Below, piece after piece: positions 32,201 to 41,233 of a DNA stretch of 64,000 nucleotides. This stretch comes from a virus: positions 1 to 64,000 of the IMG/VR virus record IMGVR_UViG_3300045988_171898; one strand, written 5' to 3'. Position 1 is the stretch's first letter. Every line of letters starts with the position of its first letter. The notes under the pieces are model-generated. The model did not search any database and was not told where the DNA came from. It saw nothing but the letters and a program-made list of their open reading frames with translations. Position numbers and translations under genes: made by a program.

Positions 32201-35200
32201 TTGGCAATGGCTATCTGTTTACGTGCATAATCTAACTGGTCTTTCATCTTTAAGTTATTATTTTCAAGTTTCAAGTTAGTTAATTTTTGTAAATCATTCA
32301 TACGATATAAATTACTATCTCCACTTGACATTCTTCTAAGTGTACCTATATTATCTTGTTCTGCTTTATTCTTTAGTATTTCTCCACTTTCGTGATATTC
32401 AGTTTTTAATTTCTGTTCATTTAACCAATATTTAACAATATCAATATGTATTTGTTTTTCTTGCTGTGCTAATTGAATTTCTTGTTGCTGTATATTCATT
32501 CTTTCAGAAATAATAGATGAATAAACTGTTGCTTGATTTTGTAAAGTTTCAATATTAACTCCATCTTTTTCGCTAATATTATTCTTTCTATAATCCTTTA
32601 TCCTATCCATTAATTTAACATAGTCATTCATATTAACTTTAGAATAATCATTTTTTCCTGTGATTTTTTGTAATATAGCACCATCTTTATCCTCAATATA
32701 AGCACTATTAACTTGGTTGTTTAAATTCATTTTACCAACCTTATTAAACAAATTTCTACTTGCATTAAGATTATCATAAGCAACTTTCATTTGACTACCT
32801 TGATTACCAAACGAAGTACCAATCATATTTCTATATACTGACTGTGCTTTTGCAATTTCTGCACTCATAGATAAAAGTTCATCGTACTTTTTAGCAGTAA
32901 AATTAGAAAAATGTAATACTTTCTTAGCCATTTCTTTTGACTGGTCTAAAAACTTAACATCTTGATTTAACCAATTTAATTTAGCCTCTAATTGCTGTTG
33001 TTCCTGTAAATTTCCCTGTTTCTTTGCTTCCTCTATATTTTTTTGAGTGTCCTGTATTTCCTTATCTAATCCTGCCTTTTTAGTATAATAGGCAAACATA
33101 TTAGCCTGATATTCCCTAACACCTTCTATATTGTTCATTGACATTTCCATAGGTACTGAATTAATATCATTATTATAGGCAATATTATACTTATTCAACT
33201 CTTGCTGTGTTAATGTTGTTAGATTACCTTTTTCATCTTTCTCCTCATTAAGTATATTACCATAAGCAATGCTAGGTAAACCAGTCTTATCATACATTGC
33301 AACCATTTTATTTTTTAAGTTTTCAAGGGTAGCCTTAGACTGTTCCAAACTTTCCTTATTTCTCTCAAGTTGCTTATAAAATAAATCATCTGCTTCCTTA
33401 ATAGTATTTAATTGGTATTTACTATACTGTGTCAATAAAGATAAAGTTTCAGGCTCAATCTTACCACTAGCAATTAAATCATTAAATATTTTAATATTAT
33501 CCTGTAAATCCTTGCCACCTAAACTGTTTAATAACTTATAAAAACTTTCTGTATCTGTAACATCTTTACCATTTAATGCTTCTGCACTTTTTTTACCAAA
33601 TACATTGCTTACAAGTTCATTAGAAATTCTTAAATTACTTACCATATATTTTTGCTTATCTTCATCAGATACAGATTTTTCATCTAACCCTTTATTTTTT
33701 AATTCCTTTTTAAACTTTGCATAGACATCATCATATAAATTATTAATTGCTTTATCAGTAGATTTAACGTAATTATTATTATACATTTTTTTGTATCTAT
33801 TTAACTCATCGTGTCTTTTACTTTCACTTAGTTTACTAATTCTATCTTCATTTTCTTTATCTATTACAGAAATATTATTAAATTTTTCTCCCCTATATTT
33901 TACCCTATAATTTCTATCATACTCATCATTCCATTCCCCTATTGAAAATCTTGATGTATTACCGTAAGTAAAATAATTTTTTGTAGCCCCACTAGCCTTA
34001 TAATTACTAATACCTAGTCTACCTTGTGTACTATAATCATCAGATTTTATTAAACTATTTTTTGTTTTCTCTTTCCAAATTTCATCTCTAATAGTCTGAA
34101 TATTCTTAAATGGATTATTTTTTATCGCATTAATTGTATCAATACTAGATTTTAATTCTTCGTTTGTTTCAATCATTTTTTTAACATTTCTTATATATCC
34201 ATTTTCTTCTTCATCTTGATAATTTTCAGGCTTAAATATCTCATTAATATTTTTTTCAATATTTTCAATATCCTTACCTATTTTAGATGTATTAACAATA
34301 TCCTTATCTAAGTTGTCTGCCTCATTCTTTAACTTTTGTGATTTTTCATATAATCCAATAACTGTATTAATAGCCATATTAATAGCAGTCAACATTAAAA
34401 ATGGTTTAGCCAAAGCCCATAATGAAGCACCTAACTCCTTAGCACCTCCACTTAATACAGAAAAACTTTCAATACCCTCTTCTTTTAATTTTTCAATATC
34501 AGATACACTTTCTTTTATTTTATTAGACAAGTCATACACATTAGCAGTAGCACCCTTAACTTGATTAGCAAAACCACTCATACCACTACCATTTATAATT
34601 CTTTCAAGGTCTTGATTTTTCATAAGTTCCACTTGACTTAATATTTCTTTTCTTCTATTTTTCTTTAAAGATTTATCATTTTTAATTCTTTCCATAGACA
34701 AGTCATAAGCACTTTCAACTTTTTGATAAGCCTTACCTTGTGTAAAATCACTTACATTATTAAACATAAACTGTTGTGCCATTGACTGTGGTATGCTTTG
34801 AGAAAATGATGATAAGAATACATTATTACTTGACTGTCCTTTAACTGCTAAATCAGTTAATTTATCTGCTACTCCAATACCTGCACCTAATACACCACCA
34901 AATATACCCCTGCTAAATGTATTTGTACTTATTGACTTTAAATTCTTAAATATTCTTTCAACCTTTACAGCCCAATTTTCAATAGCCTTACCAAAGTTCT
35001 TAGATACATTAATACCAGTAGTTATATTATCTATAAATTTCTTTGTATCTCCATTTACTTCTGTAAACAATGTACTAATAGCACTTGCGTGTCTTTCTGT
35101 AAATATCTTTTTAATAGTGGCATAAGACAAGTTACCTTGCTTTTGCATTTTAGATAGTCCTTCAATAACTTTATCCACTTCCCCACTAAGCACCATATCA

Positions 35201-37029
35201 GTCATTTCTTCAACAGAACCAAAGCCAACTTTTTCTCTCTCATCTTTTGTCATCTTTTTAAAGTCATTTTCAAGCATAGCCTTACCTTTACCATCAACTG
35301 ACATAAGTTTTGAGAATAAAGTTCTTAAAACAATACCACTCTGTTCCCCTGTCTTACCTTGTTGTTTTAAAGTTGACAATAATGATAGTTCCAAGTTAGA
35401 TACATCCATAGTATATTGTTCTACACTTCTGCCTTGTATACCTTTTTCTTCTGCACTGTTAATAAGTGCGTTCATAGCAGTATTAGTCTGTCTACCTGCA
35501 TTATTTACGTCTTGTAAATCCAATGCAGTATTATCCAATGCACTTTGCAACCTGTTAGCAAACTCATTTAAGTTCTTGTCAGTAGCACTAATACCTAATG
35601 CAGTAAATCTTTGGTTAAGTATGTTAGTTGCAGTAGTTAAATCCTCAAACGAGGCAACGGCAACCTTACCAGCAGTCTTAACTAAGTTCATAGATTGTTC
35701 ATAAGTCTTACCTGTCTTAATAACTTCTCTTACACCTTCTGCAAATTCATTAATATCTGCACCTACTGAATTACTTTCTCTAATAATTCTATTCTTTGAA
35801 GCATTTTGACTTGCTTGATTACCCAAATTACCTACAATACCTAATGCTCCCATATTTCTTTCAAAATCTTTAGAAGTTATAAAATTAGATATAGTACCCA
35901 AATACTTAAATGCTTCTATTCCTGCAATCATTGTACCTGAATTTTGCTGTATAGTATTTTGTAAAGATAACCCATTTTCTTTAATATTTTGTCCTTTTAT
36001 TTTATTATCATTTATTTGATTAATATATCTATTTAATTTATCTTCTGTACTTTTAAATGGTTGCCCATCACTAAAATTTTGAAAATGTTTAGAATTAATT
36101 ATGTTATAAATTCTTCTATTATCTTCAAGCAATTTTTCAAGCTGTCTACCTGTCATTGTATCAGTATTAGAACTACGATTTATCCCCTTTGTCTTTAATT
36201 CTACTTCTAATCTTTTTAAATCATATATCTTTTTATTGTTTTCAGTTTCATATAATTTTTCATTATATCCCTTCCTAAATACAGAACTACTTTTAAATAT
36301 ATTAGAACTAAATCCAGCATTTTTAATTAATTGTGATATTTCTTCATACTTCTTATCTAAACTTTCTTTATCTTTATATTTGCTATTTTTAAGCATTTCA
36401 GTAGCATTTTTTTCTACCATTTTCTTTAATAAATCTCTATCTAATATATCAACTACATCTTTAGATATACCTTTTACAATCTTTGAAAAACCATCTTCAA
36501 ATTGTTTTGTAGTCATTTTAGATACTTTATCTAATTCTAATTTCTTATCCTTATAAGTTTTTTCTTGATTATGATAATATTTTCTAAGTTCATCATTAGC
36601 AAATTTTCTAAATGGATTATCATTAGAGTTATCATTACCTTTACTACCTTTACCACTATTTCCTTTACCATATTTTTCATTGTTAAAACTTTGTTTTTTA
36701 CTTGTACTATTTATTTCAGTTAATAATTTTTCAATATTTAATAATGTTTGTGATAGACTAAAAGTTTCACTTTTATAAGGATTTTTACCACTTGATGTAG
36801 CAGTACCTTTATCCTTACTTTGGTTATCTTCATTTAATAAACTTTTTATATCTTTTAATTCTGATTTTAAATCTTGAAAATTTTTAAGTGCATTTGTAAA
36901 CATATCTATATTGGAAACTTCATTAATATTGACTATACTTTTTTCCAATATATTTACTTTCTCTATTAAACTATCTACACTTGAAGTTTCTCCAAAACCT
37001 AAATTAATCCCTAAATCCAAATTTTCCAT
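23257..37029 (-). CDS. tail tape-measure protein (4590 aa) with embedded M15 peptidase, lytic transglycosylase and Amidase_3-like domains
   Basis: Giant ORF between the chaperone-like genes and the distal tail gene. Gly-rich hydrophobic segment near the C-terminus. LAS-type metallopeptidase motifs SDHYVGMAFD...GDHLHVSV (about 30850..31250). Lytic transglycosylase motif EANSESGF...GLYQIG (about 26800..27100). Amidase_3-like LDIGHFAGE...E...N...IELHNN (about 25950..26250). Confidence 0.8.
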   Translation of the reverse strand: MENLDLGINLGFGETSSVDSLIEKVNILEKSIVNINEVSNIDMFTNALKNFQDLKSELKDIKSLLNEDNQSKDKGTATSSGKNPYKSETFSLSQTLLNIEKLLTEINSTSKKQSFNNEKYGKGNSGKGSKGNDNSNDNPFRKFANDELRKYYHNQEKTYKDKKLELDKVSKMTTKQFEDGFSKIVKGISKDVVDILDRDLLKKMVEKNATEMLKNSKYKDKESLDKKYEEISQLIKNAGFSSNIFKSSSVFRKGYNEKLYETENNKKIYDLKRLEVELKTKGINRSSNTDTMTGRQLEKLLEDNRRIYNIINSKHFQNFSDGQPFKSTEDKLNRYINQINDNKIKGQNIKENGLSLQNTIQQNSGTMIAGIEAFKYLGTISNFITSKDFERNMGALGIVGNLGNQASQNASKNRIIRESNSVGADINEFAEGVREVIKTGKTYEQSMNLVKTAGKVAVASFEDLTTATNILNQRFTALGISATDKNLNEFANRLQSALDNTALDLQDVNNAGRQTNTAMNALINSAEEKGIQGRSVEQYTMDVSNLELSLLSTLKQQGKTGEQSGIVLRTLFSKLMSVDGKGKAMLENDFKKMTKDEREKVGFGSVEEMTDMVLSGEVDKVIEGLSKMQKQGNLSYATIKKIFTERHASAISTLFTEVNGDTKKFIDNITTGINVSKNFGKAIENWAVKVERIFKNLKSISTNTFSRGIFGGVLGAGIGVADKLTDLAVKGQSSNNVFLSSFSQSIPQSMAQQFMFNNVSDFTQGKAYQKVESAYDLSMERIKNDKSLKKNRRKEILSQVELMKNQDLERIINGSGMSGFANQVKGATANVYDLSNKIKESVSDIEKLKEEGIESFSVLSGGAKELGASLWALAKPFLMLTAINMAINTVIGLYEKSQKLKNEADNLDKDIVNTSKIGKDIENIEKNINEIFKPENYQDEEENGYIRNVKKMIETNEELKSSIDTINAIKNNPFKNIQTIRDEIWKEKTKNSLIKSDDYSTQGRLGISNYKASGATKNYFTYGNTSRFSIGEWNDEYDRNYRVKYRGEKFNNISVIDKENEDRISKLSESKRHDELNRYKKMYNNNYVKSTDKAINNLYDDVYAKFKKELKNKGLDEKSVSDEDKQKYMVSNLRISNELVSNVFGKKSAEALNGKDVTDTESFYKLLNSLGGKDLQDNIKIFNDLIASGKIEPETLSLLTQYSKYQLNTIKEADDLFYKQLERNKESLEQSKATLENLKNKMVAMYDKTGLPSIAYGNILNEEKDEKGNLTTLTQQELNKYNIAYNNDINSVPMEMSMNNIEGVREYQANMFAYYTKKAGLDKEIQDTQKNIEEAKKQGNLQEQQQLEAKLNWLNQDVKFLDQSKEMAKKVLHFSNFTAKKYDELLSMSAEIAKAQSVYRNMIGTSFGNQGSQMKVAYDNLNASRNLFNKVGKMNLNNQVNSAYIEDKDGAILQKITGKNDYSKVNMNDYVKLMDRIKDYRKNNISEKDGVNIETLQNQATVYSSIISERMNIQQQEIQLAQQEKQIHIDIVKYWLNEQKLKTEYHESGEILKNKAEQDNIGTLRRMSSGDSNLYRMNDLQKLTNLKLENNNLKMKDQLDYARKQIAIAKENAQRQINAIRRLEGTNSINSRKSENVAKTNTNSTNKTIVDSANTISTNLINAMNSMMETMNSMSMSSDSVGETGVISDDIYGSTVPLTAKRETGKGLSIEASKSVSKDTAGSLSFGIFGINTRSGSYRNFYNMFKGQFPELSANGNASNWGMVAEKYGQPFINAQVKWRNSFTRSVVGDMDSFVKKYTGIKDNEGIKRVGVYLADYIIQAGNKGLTGNYVKKGALKNVSDWRTVLNLMRDYELKHQSNTFSGALRGGTASLSGLNSATNQRYNYAMNSSYNGKNGGTSTSLITPIQAQKVNPTLIKYNDNDKNISSQQRGVYHTGHSYYTGGITYNGQRAQRIATDKRKVQHGMTQSAYDVMKLAQSMFPNMYVSSTTGGTHAKTSDHYVGMAFDIAQNGTNGKSGISKEEYKRRAIMLSKELDKRGYISFVLDEANGTSAHKSGDHLHVSVYGKGFIKGGKSGNMNGNYLSSSINLPKEYIPNFSKGVDNLLQEITNHEFQKEMIRSEADEKGATFLAEKFEEIFKNSNNYYEALKNYRNATNTYYDEHSDQDLSVTKDLEKSIENKIVNDLEVAKDSFEKVLSQFDEDVKDLNYGFEEMNVKVSNLNNDWERNYNFLNGNKLVDSVTEFTNTILSNNARIKNIVNTTVKDIHINSKVIDMLNYFEKYNGIDLDTQEKRYDFLKDSSKLMNEYKKSQDRMFKLAEEQFKSMKLNKFAFANLSEEEKNSILEEIHTSLIKNANKNEELFHKSQNFDNELSIQKQLIEQIEKNNELRKLEIDNFKLFNKSIEDLSNGLKEMSDKMFNLENVRNLETTIKELNLLSKGIDIESVYGRKQMTALKIENSRKALEDTQQQIKTMLLSNFKVRSGLEVAGYNKEYFEKINLNNLKQVSSLADGVITYLKQQNINAKEIFNSFLEENPYLAKYKDLNLFDNASMQQTREKVAYDTELNDNEKQVFMNFLDKFENQFVNLDEFLQVIQKLFNNIKDTNSSFLETFKYFQNQSIDMLSNILFGTDTEWKGFNYKENLNYLFSLLSEDYKKIGKWVGDKFNNKWLKDKFSDDDTNIEKPNYNNKMTILSNYNNRDRVDLGNYDYRTKYLNETKNFDLNNENQDNIIVTEKGDISNVSIPRNSKMFVESILKGELNKIRFDDGDYYPALNENGIVDFYTLHTDSNKSKVWFKNYVNDKIEMTENTNGDYNNAVKILENKLLQKNNSSIDVIGRDNIKDIVHVEGISSLNTPEYSTNNSHYIEIIKDVDSANIKYKNLTEKSLIGLKDKINAIKQYNDEHNDENLQNVKYLSEVMKSMQNPISKDKRNYKYDGDNKIIYEIVSQNEIDDTKKIEGFEGKDNFGHFYVDGKEVGTSELINKSRKVTKKNKKGKKEKYNQDYSVVIYKDLETNKEYEILNTSKDREYVKKDVNIGEIKKFNDLTSKLYGVGKVKGKVTNTELKPIFDLNTMKKINDGKSITISYDKGIDETNDFYSKQNINSTTKNIEDNNWNDHYKYTTELIDTLKDWIDKDKDKNKNTSYRVASKGVLDTTTQKPVNIAPSQSLNRFELKDSIENTKEAYLDGKLFRIYGYDQETTLTGKNTVHTNKGYSVFYVDPEKNKKVYLDGYKNIDINNINNKYQEVLDKERKDFELKYNTNRPEPIIEKSTVNNSNSSNNNNINNNNNLKLTGEKAIRTPVDINSINTKSFNASDMPEFKNNKTLKGNEAFFQYLANKTGIPVEWLIAEANSESGFDKNLVDRYYDKKRKRWVESSYKGLYQIGKDYWTPKKAEEISKFFGVEISKDFSKGWSDPKQNALVMLYRMIENVEYQKKQGAKTYSFANGYYSHLLPAYAAKMNILGDNVKVKDFDRKAIKDVYLTNNPRHFIDGVNTTNGRAKEGVFNTGVKNLRDSGFFNDEYFNNLHTQNNKDNIISNANDVLMVYDNALQQGILTINDKYLSASAEVSDYGDPAVRQYAKDTVGIKDKQNYQERSNTYKGEKFKGYYEGYDDPEYILDIGHFAGESNAYTKDGVGEYEFNREIIRKLAKEFEARGIKYGILEREKGAKKIDIDFVNDKFKGAKLIELHNNDDNDPNANGIEFLKSNQKNDNDFGFTMLSELHKATGMTLRGVRGQSPIHDGNGRQFAEGLTNLDNILVELGFLSNDNEVKKMLSNNSHDVVLGLLNGFLSASGKDTVTDLLTINKDGTPINNSNNNSSSNEENETKQIPEVETLTDEKIKKAIDYYNVDLIQKNREDLKNNVLNQNEENQSNNLKGIQKIEDYYNKHQKAFAYASTLIITFDGMLKKQYAYKKKELEMQGKILEMNLQMAETTEERRKIEEQILQNKIDTINNEYTSQSSFMGGMFTGSMGFGIQGALSGATQGASIGGAMGGIIGAGLGLVGGILGGTQAKIQADQQKALTVSQQKLTWLAEDRNRYLKTMANAMSEQAKWTTKVGVNDAISRSVKFALSGKDVIGGTAYETRTVGKKKKKGGGLLGSKKYDTVEAFTQSYNLNDSMFGGRQFNNRMDLEFAYTTLAQRLLGMQGNVNLMGTYGDMYYYNNPEQSIFGRFARGGRKQQRIMSLPIDNGLNAYLQRRLSDGSRELTASEFIKYFNGQGTLQGDGLLIDHSRDNEINNIIDNLKETAKAMPTGQQKVDTLALINFYENIKAVLDKEGKTTKRLFGNYYGIETEEVKDEKGNITEYRRVNESMWSDYYNQIYQNVMNGTKVFDTGSKFIQGTLNAFIQNVGSGRNTVKALTDEFNRLADEIYNVVTRTGEFSNVNGSIKGLIDNMALLKRQQRETENFTIDLAKRWVALGGNITDIVKDMNNGLTTAIDSIKSTMLGGSLEDTINNFGNNLFQKLGESMTTNLINQKYANSIFKMNSLLTNATDTNSISDIVNLANGYKGLSVGIENDRERLSAIQRLFTANRDIDYVDESIQYETGTSQSVTNNYTFTTDINAGTIVADELSKEILAQNLFAPLVQMLKDSGFIH

Positions 37030-37052
37030 ATAATAATTCCTCTCAATTTTTT

Positions 37053-37847
37053 TTAAAATAAAGATGTTCTAGCCATTACTGGCAACATCATTTTCATTCT
37101 GTTACTGTTTAACATAGTTTCTTTATGCTCAAATGAAATTCTAAGTTTTACTTCCCTGTAAGAATATTCATTAAAAGCCCTTCCAATATTTTCATCAAAA
37201 ATAGGTACATTACTGTTAATTATACTTGTCTTTAGCATAACAGTAAAATAATCATTAAAACTTATACTCTTATCATCTTCAAAGTCCATTATACTTTCAA
37301 TAACTTCATTAAATTCTTCAACCATTTTGTATTGTGTTTCTCTGATAGTATTATAAATTTCCATAAGTTCTTGCTGTAAATCTTTATCAACAAGCATTTT
37401 TTCAAGTATAAATATTTTTAAGTTATATATAATCTCATTCTTTAATTCCTCCACTTCCTTATCTATTTTATACCTATTTTGGATATAATCCTTAGTATAT
37501 TTCAACTCAATTTCTTTTACTTTTTCCTTATAATAATTATCATCTAGTATGTCAAATGCTTCCCATTCAATATATTTAAAAAAATTATCAACTAATATCT
37601 TACAGCCTTCCTCAAATAATAATGATGAAATTATAGGCACTTCATCTCCCCTAATCTTTAAATCATTTCTGACATCTCTATATTTAATATCTTTCAATCT
37701 AATTAATAAAGGTATCTCATCTCCTATTAAAGAAAAAGATATAACCATTCTATAATTTATATCTAGCAAGGTTATATCTTTCAACTCATTCTTTTTCAGT
37801 TTTAATAGAGAATTATCAACCTTATCTTTTTGCTGGTCTGTTCTCAT
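37053..37847 (-). CDS. putative tail assembly chaperone / hypothetical protein
   Basis: 264-aa acidic ORF immediately upstream of the tape-measure gene. It has its own AAGGA ribosome-binding site. Confidence 0.4.
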   Translation of the reverse strand: MRTDQQKDKVDNSLLKLKKNELKDITLLDINYRMVISFSLIGDEIPLLIRLKDIKYRDVRNDLKIRGDEVPIISSLLFEEGCKILVDNFFKYIEWEAFDILDDNYYKEKVKEIELKYTKDYIQNRYKIDKEVEELKNEIIYNLKIFILEKMLVDKDLQQELMEIYNTIRETQYKMVEEFNEVIESIMDFEDDKSISFNDYFTVMLKTSIINSNVPIFDENIGRAFNEYSYREVKLRISFEHKETMLNSNRMKMMLPVMARTSLF

Positions 37848-37859
37848 ACTTCTTTTCCT

Positions 37860-38672
37860 TTATTCTTTCTCTTCCACCTTTTCGGCTTCTACAATATCTA
37901 ATTTCTTATCTTTATTTTCTTCTTTATCAATAGCGACATCTTCAATTATATCCTCTTTTAGTTCCTTTTCTTTCATTTCTTTTAACAATTTATCGCCTTT
38001 TCTAACTTCAATCCATTTCTGAATATCACTTTCTTCTGTAACACCTAAATTTTGTGCTTCCAGTCTATATTTTTCTTCTTCTACTGTTCTGCCATACTTC
38101 AATGCTCTTATATATATTAAAAATTCATTAATAACATCATAAGATAATAAGTTTGCCTCAAACAATATTTCAGTAACTTTATAGTAATCCCCTTTTTCTA
38201 TTTTCTTGCCATCATACTTTTCCTTTATAATATCATTAAAAGTATTGTTAATTAAATCTAAAAATGTTTCTCCAGTTTTTTCATCAACAACATAATCCAA
38301 ATCCAAATGTGCCACTACTGTAATACCCTCAAGCATTGTTTCCCTGTCATTTTTAGCAACCTGTAACTCATTTTCATCATAAATCTTAACATAAGAAATA
38401 TCTTTGTTTGAGTGTCCTTCACTATTCATAATTACATCTCTATATTCAGGTTTTATATTTGATAATTTTTGTAAATTAGTAACTACCAATTTATCATCAA
38501 TTAATTTTGTTTTATACTTATAATCTGATAAGTTTAAAATGTATTTATATTCCCTATCATTTTTTAATTTAATTGGATAATCAACTTTCCCATTTAAATA
38601 ATCTATTGTAATTGTACCTGTTTTAACTTGATTTTTTAATCCACTTAAATTCAGTTTTAGTTTTCTTGCCAT
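37860..38672 (-). CDS. putative tail assembly chaperone / hypothetical protein
   Basis: 270-aa ORF between the major tail protein gene and the tape-measure gene, with an acidic C-terminus. Confidence 0.4.
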   Translation of the reverse strand: MARKLKLNLSGLKNQVKTGTITIDYLNGKVDYPIKLKNDREYKYILNLSDYKYKTKLIDDKLVVTNLQKLSNIKPEYRDVIMNSEGHSNKDISYVKIYDENELQVAKNDRETMLEGITVVAHLDLDYVVDEKTGETFLDLINNTFNDIIKEKYDGKKIEKGDYYKVTEILFEANLLSYDVINEFLIYIRALKYGRTVEEEKYRLEAQNLGVTEESDIQKWIEVRKGDKLLKEMKEKELKEDIIEDVAIDKEENKDKKLDIVEAEKVEEKE

Positions 38673-38751
38673 ATCTTTAATTCTCCTTATTTATACATAT
38701 TTTTATTTTCAAGGGTATAGATAATATCCATACCCTTTTTTATTTAATCTA

Positions 38752-39942
38752 TTATAAGTTTTCACTATTGTATCTCTTGAAATCCCCAGTCAAGTCATCA
38801 AAGTCATTAACTTTCAATGCAAACACTTCTTTAGCATTAGCACTTGTAGTAGCAATTTCAGGGTCATAGTTCCATCTAGTTAAAAATGCTTCAGGAATGG
38901 CACAATCATACTTACCTACAACATAAAATTCAGGCGATTTCTTAACTACTCCAGTACCTGCTTGACATAATCCTGTTACTGCACCTGCAGTAGCACCTGT
39001 ATCTCCTTTTTGTAAATAGAATACTGTACCTACCTCTAATGGAGTTGTACTTGTCTTGTCTGCTTGATTTACAATATACATTACTTTACCTGTAACATCA
39101 TCGTATGCTAACCAAGTTTCGTTAGCCTGTGCTTCACTAGGTACTGCACTAAGCCCAGTTTTAGCAACTACACCATCAACTTTAATAAATCTTCCACTAA
39201 CTTTCTTACCACCTGCAATTAAAAAGTCATCTGCTTCAATTACATCTGCCTTAATTGACATTTGAGTAGCAACTTTAATAACATCTCCACTCATATCTGT
39301 ATTAATTTGTGAGAATGATACTAGTGGGTATCTCATAATTCTTGTTTCCCCTGTACCTGCTCCAATATAAACTTCCAAACTCATACCAATACTTGATACG
39401 TTGAATGTTGATAACAATGGATTTTGCATTGTCTTAGCATTTCCTTTATCATCAAAAGCCGTACCCTCTTTTACAAAAGCATTTTCAAAGTAATACAAGT
39501 TTTTCCAATGATTGTTAGTATTCTTACCTAACATTTTGGCTTCTAAGTTTATATTTCCTGCATTACCTAATACTCTGTATGTTTTACCATTTGACTTGAA
39601 TACTGCACCTTGTAAAATTGCAATCAAGGTATCTCTACTTGCTCTTTCATCAATATCTTGTTTACCAGATTTAACATAAATAAAATCTTCTTGGAATGAA
39701 AATGGTATTGATACATCTTCAAATTGTTCCTGTCCTGATGTTTGCCCTATAAAATCCCCTTGCATATTAAACTGATTATTGTATTGATATTTTCTACTAA
39801 ACAAAGGGTCAGTAGGTAAATTTGACAAAGGCTCTATTGTCTTATTTTCAACAGAAAACAACTCAATCTTTTTACTTACTAATTCCATTGCTAAGAATGT
39901 TAATCTAACTCTAGCATTACCGTTATTTACTAATTTTGCCAT
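38752..39942 (-). CDS. putative major tail protein
   Basis: 396-aa ORF in the canonical position upstream of the chaperone genes and the tape-measure gene. Confidence 0.45.
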   Translation of the reverse strand: MAKLVNNGNARVRLTFLAMELVSKKIELFSVENKTIEPLSNLPTDPLFSRKYQYNNQFNMQGDFIGQTSGQEQFEDVSIPFSFQEDFIYVKSGKQDIDERASRDTLIAILQGAVFKSNGKTYRVLGNAGNINLEAKMLGKNTNNHWKNLYYFENAFVKEGTAFDDKGNAKTMQNPLLSTFNVSSIGMSLEVYIGAGTGETRIMRYPLVSFSQINTDMSGDVIKVATQMSIKADVIEADDFLIAGGKKVSGRFIKVDGVVAKTGLSAVPSEAQANETWLAYDDVTGKVMYIVNQADKTSTTPLEVGTVFYLQKGDTGATAGAVTGLCQAGTGVVKKSPEFYVVGKYDCAIPEAFLTRWNYDPEIATTSANAKEVFALKVNDFDDLTGDFKRYNSENL

Positions 39943-39956
39943 TTAATATTTTCTCC

Positions 39957-40658
39957 TTATATTCTTATTTTGTTATTATAGAAATGTGAAAATCTAAGAA
40001 TTATATAACCTACTCTATCATTTTCAGTCTTTATACTACTTCTATATCTAGGCTTGTCAACCGTAAATATATCTAAATTCTTATTATTATATTCAATATT
40101 AAAACTTTGTTCACTAAACAACCTTATCAACTCATTATAGAAAAAGTTAAATTCTTCCTTAGTATTTGAATAGTCATTGCTTCCAACAAAAATATTAACA
40201 TCATAATAAGTATTATTATGTGTACTTGAAATAGTTTCAGTTTCAACTCTAACATTATCCACATCTACAATTATATATATTTTATTCTCTTGTTTATCAA
40301 CATTACTTGTAACTATATCCCCCAAAGCAACTAAATATAAGTCATCAACATTATCAAAACTTAGTTTATTATTTCCAACAACATTGACATCAATTTCATT
40401 ATTATAATTTACAAATATTTTTTTATTATTGAGTGGGTATTGTAAATTATTCACATTTGAAATTGTTACAACATTATTTTCAATATCAATATTACTAATA
40501 TTATAAATTTCAGTATTTGAATTTGCTGGTATATTATATTTATTGTCTTGGATAACATATTTACCTTTAAAGTTTTCAAAACAAGTTTCATTAATTAATT
40601 CATCTAATTTATTTTTAATATGTAACTCTATTAACTTTTTAAATTGTATATCATTCAT
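39957..40658 (-). CDS. head-tail joining / tail completion protein (hypothetical)
   Basis: Assigned by position within the connector module. Confidence 0.35.
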   Translation of the reverse strand: MNDIQFKKLIELHIKNKLDELINETCFENFKGKYVIQDNKYNIPANSNTEIYNISNIDIENNVVTISNVNNLQYPLNNKKIFVNYNNEIDVNVVGNNKLSFDNVDDLYLVALGDIVTSNVDKQENKIYIIVDVDNVRVETETISSTHNNTYYDVNIFVGSNDYSNTKEEFNFFYNELIRLFSEQSFNIEYNNKNLDIFTVDKPRYRSSIKTENDRVGYIILRFSHFYNNKIRI

Positions 40659-41233
40659 TATTTACCTGTTTCTACATACTCTCTTATTCTTTTAGTATAG
40701 TCTTTCAATACTAAAGTTATGGCTTCTAGTTTACTGTTTTTTCCACCTTTGAGTACGTACTGTATTTCACTTAATAATTTATCTACATAAAATTCAACAT
40801 AATCATTCCCTAGAATACCTTTATATTGACTTTTTCTTTCCAATAGTTTTAAATTTATACTTTTTGAGTAATTACCTGCCCTAGCGATATTACTGTTTTC
40901 ACTTTTCCAAACTTCATCTCTGCTTGATATGTTAATACCAAAACTGCCATAACTAACATTAATAAAATCATCTTCTTTTAAACTTTTTGAAAATACATAT
41001 CCTTTCCATATTTCATAATTAGGAACTGGTATTATTTTAGTCAATACATTGCTAATTCTATTAATTGCCTGTACCCAAAGTTTTCTAGTATGTCCTGTAT
41101 CAATGTTTGTTTCTAGTGCCATAAAGTATAAAATTATTGCATATAAACTATTTATTTCTTTTTCTGCTATTTTATAACAAAATTCACTACTTTTTACATT
41201 TTGTAATCTTTGTTTTAATTCATTTAAAGTCAT
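40658..41233 (-). CDS. head-tail connector protein (hypothetical)
   Basis: Assigned by position. Confidence 0.35.
   Translation of the reverse strand: MTLNELKQRLQNVKSSEFCYKIAEKEINSLYAIILYFMALETNIDTGHTRKLWVQAINRISNVLTKIIPVPNYEIWKGYVFSKSLKEDDFINVSYGSFGINISSRDEVWKSENSNIARAGNYSKSINLKLLERKSQYKGILGNDYVEFYVDKLLSEIQYVLKGGKNSKLEAITLVLKDYTKRIREYVETGK

Noticed and set aside
37053-38672. Possible tail-chaperone G/GT programmed frameshift between the two ORFs upstream of the tape-measure gene
   Set aside because: The two ORFs are in the same reading frame, separated by a single TAA and four codons. The downstream ORF has its own AAGGA ribosome-binding site and ATG. No slippery heptamer or -1 frame continuation was seen. 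They are more likely two separate genes, although stop-codon readthrough cannot be excluded.
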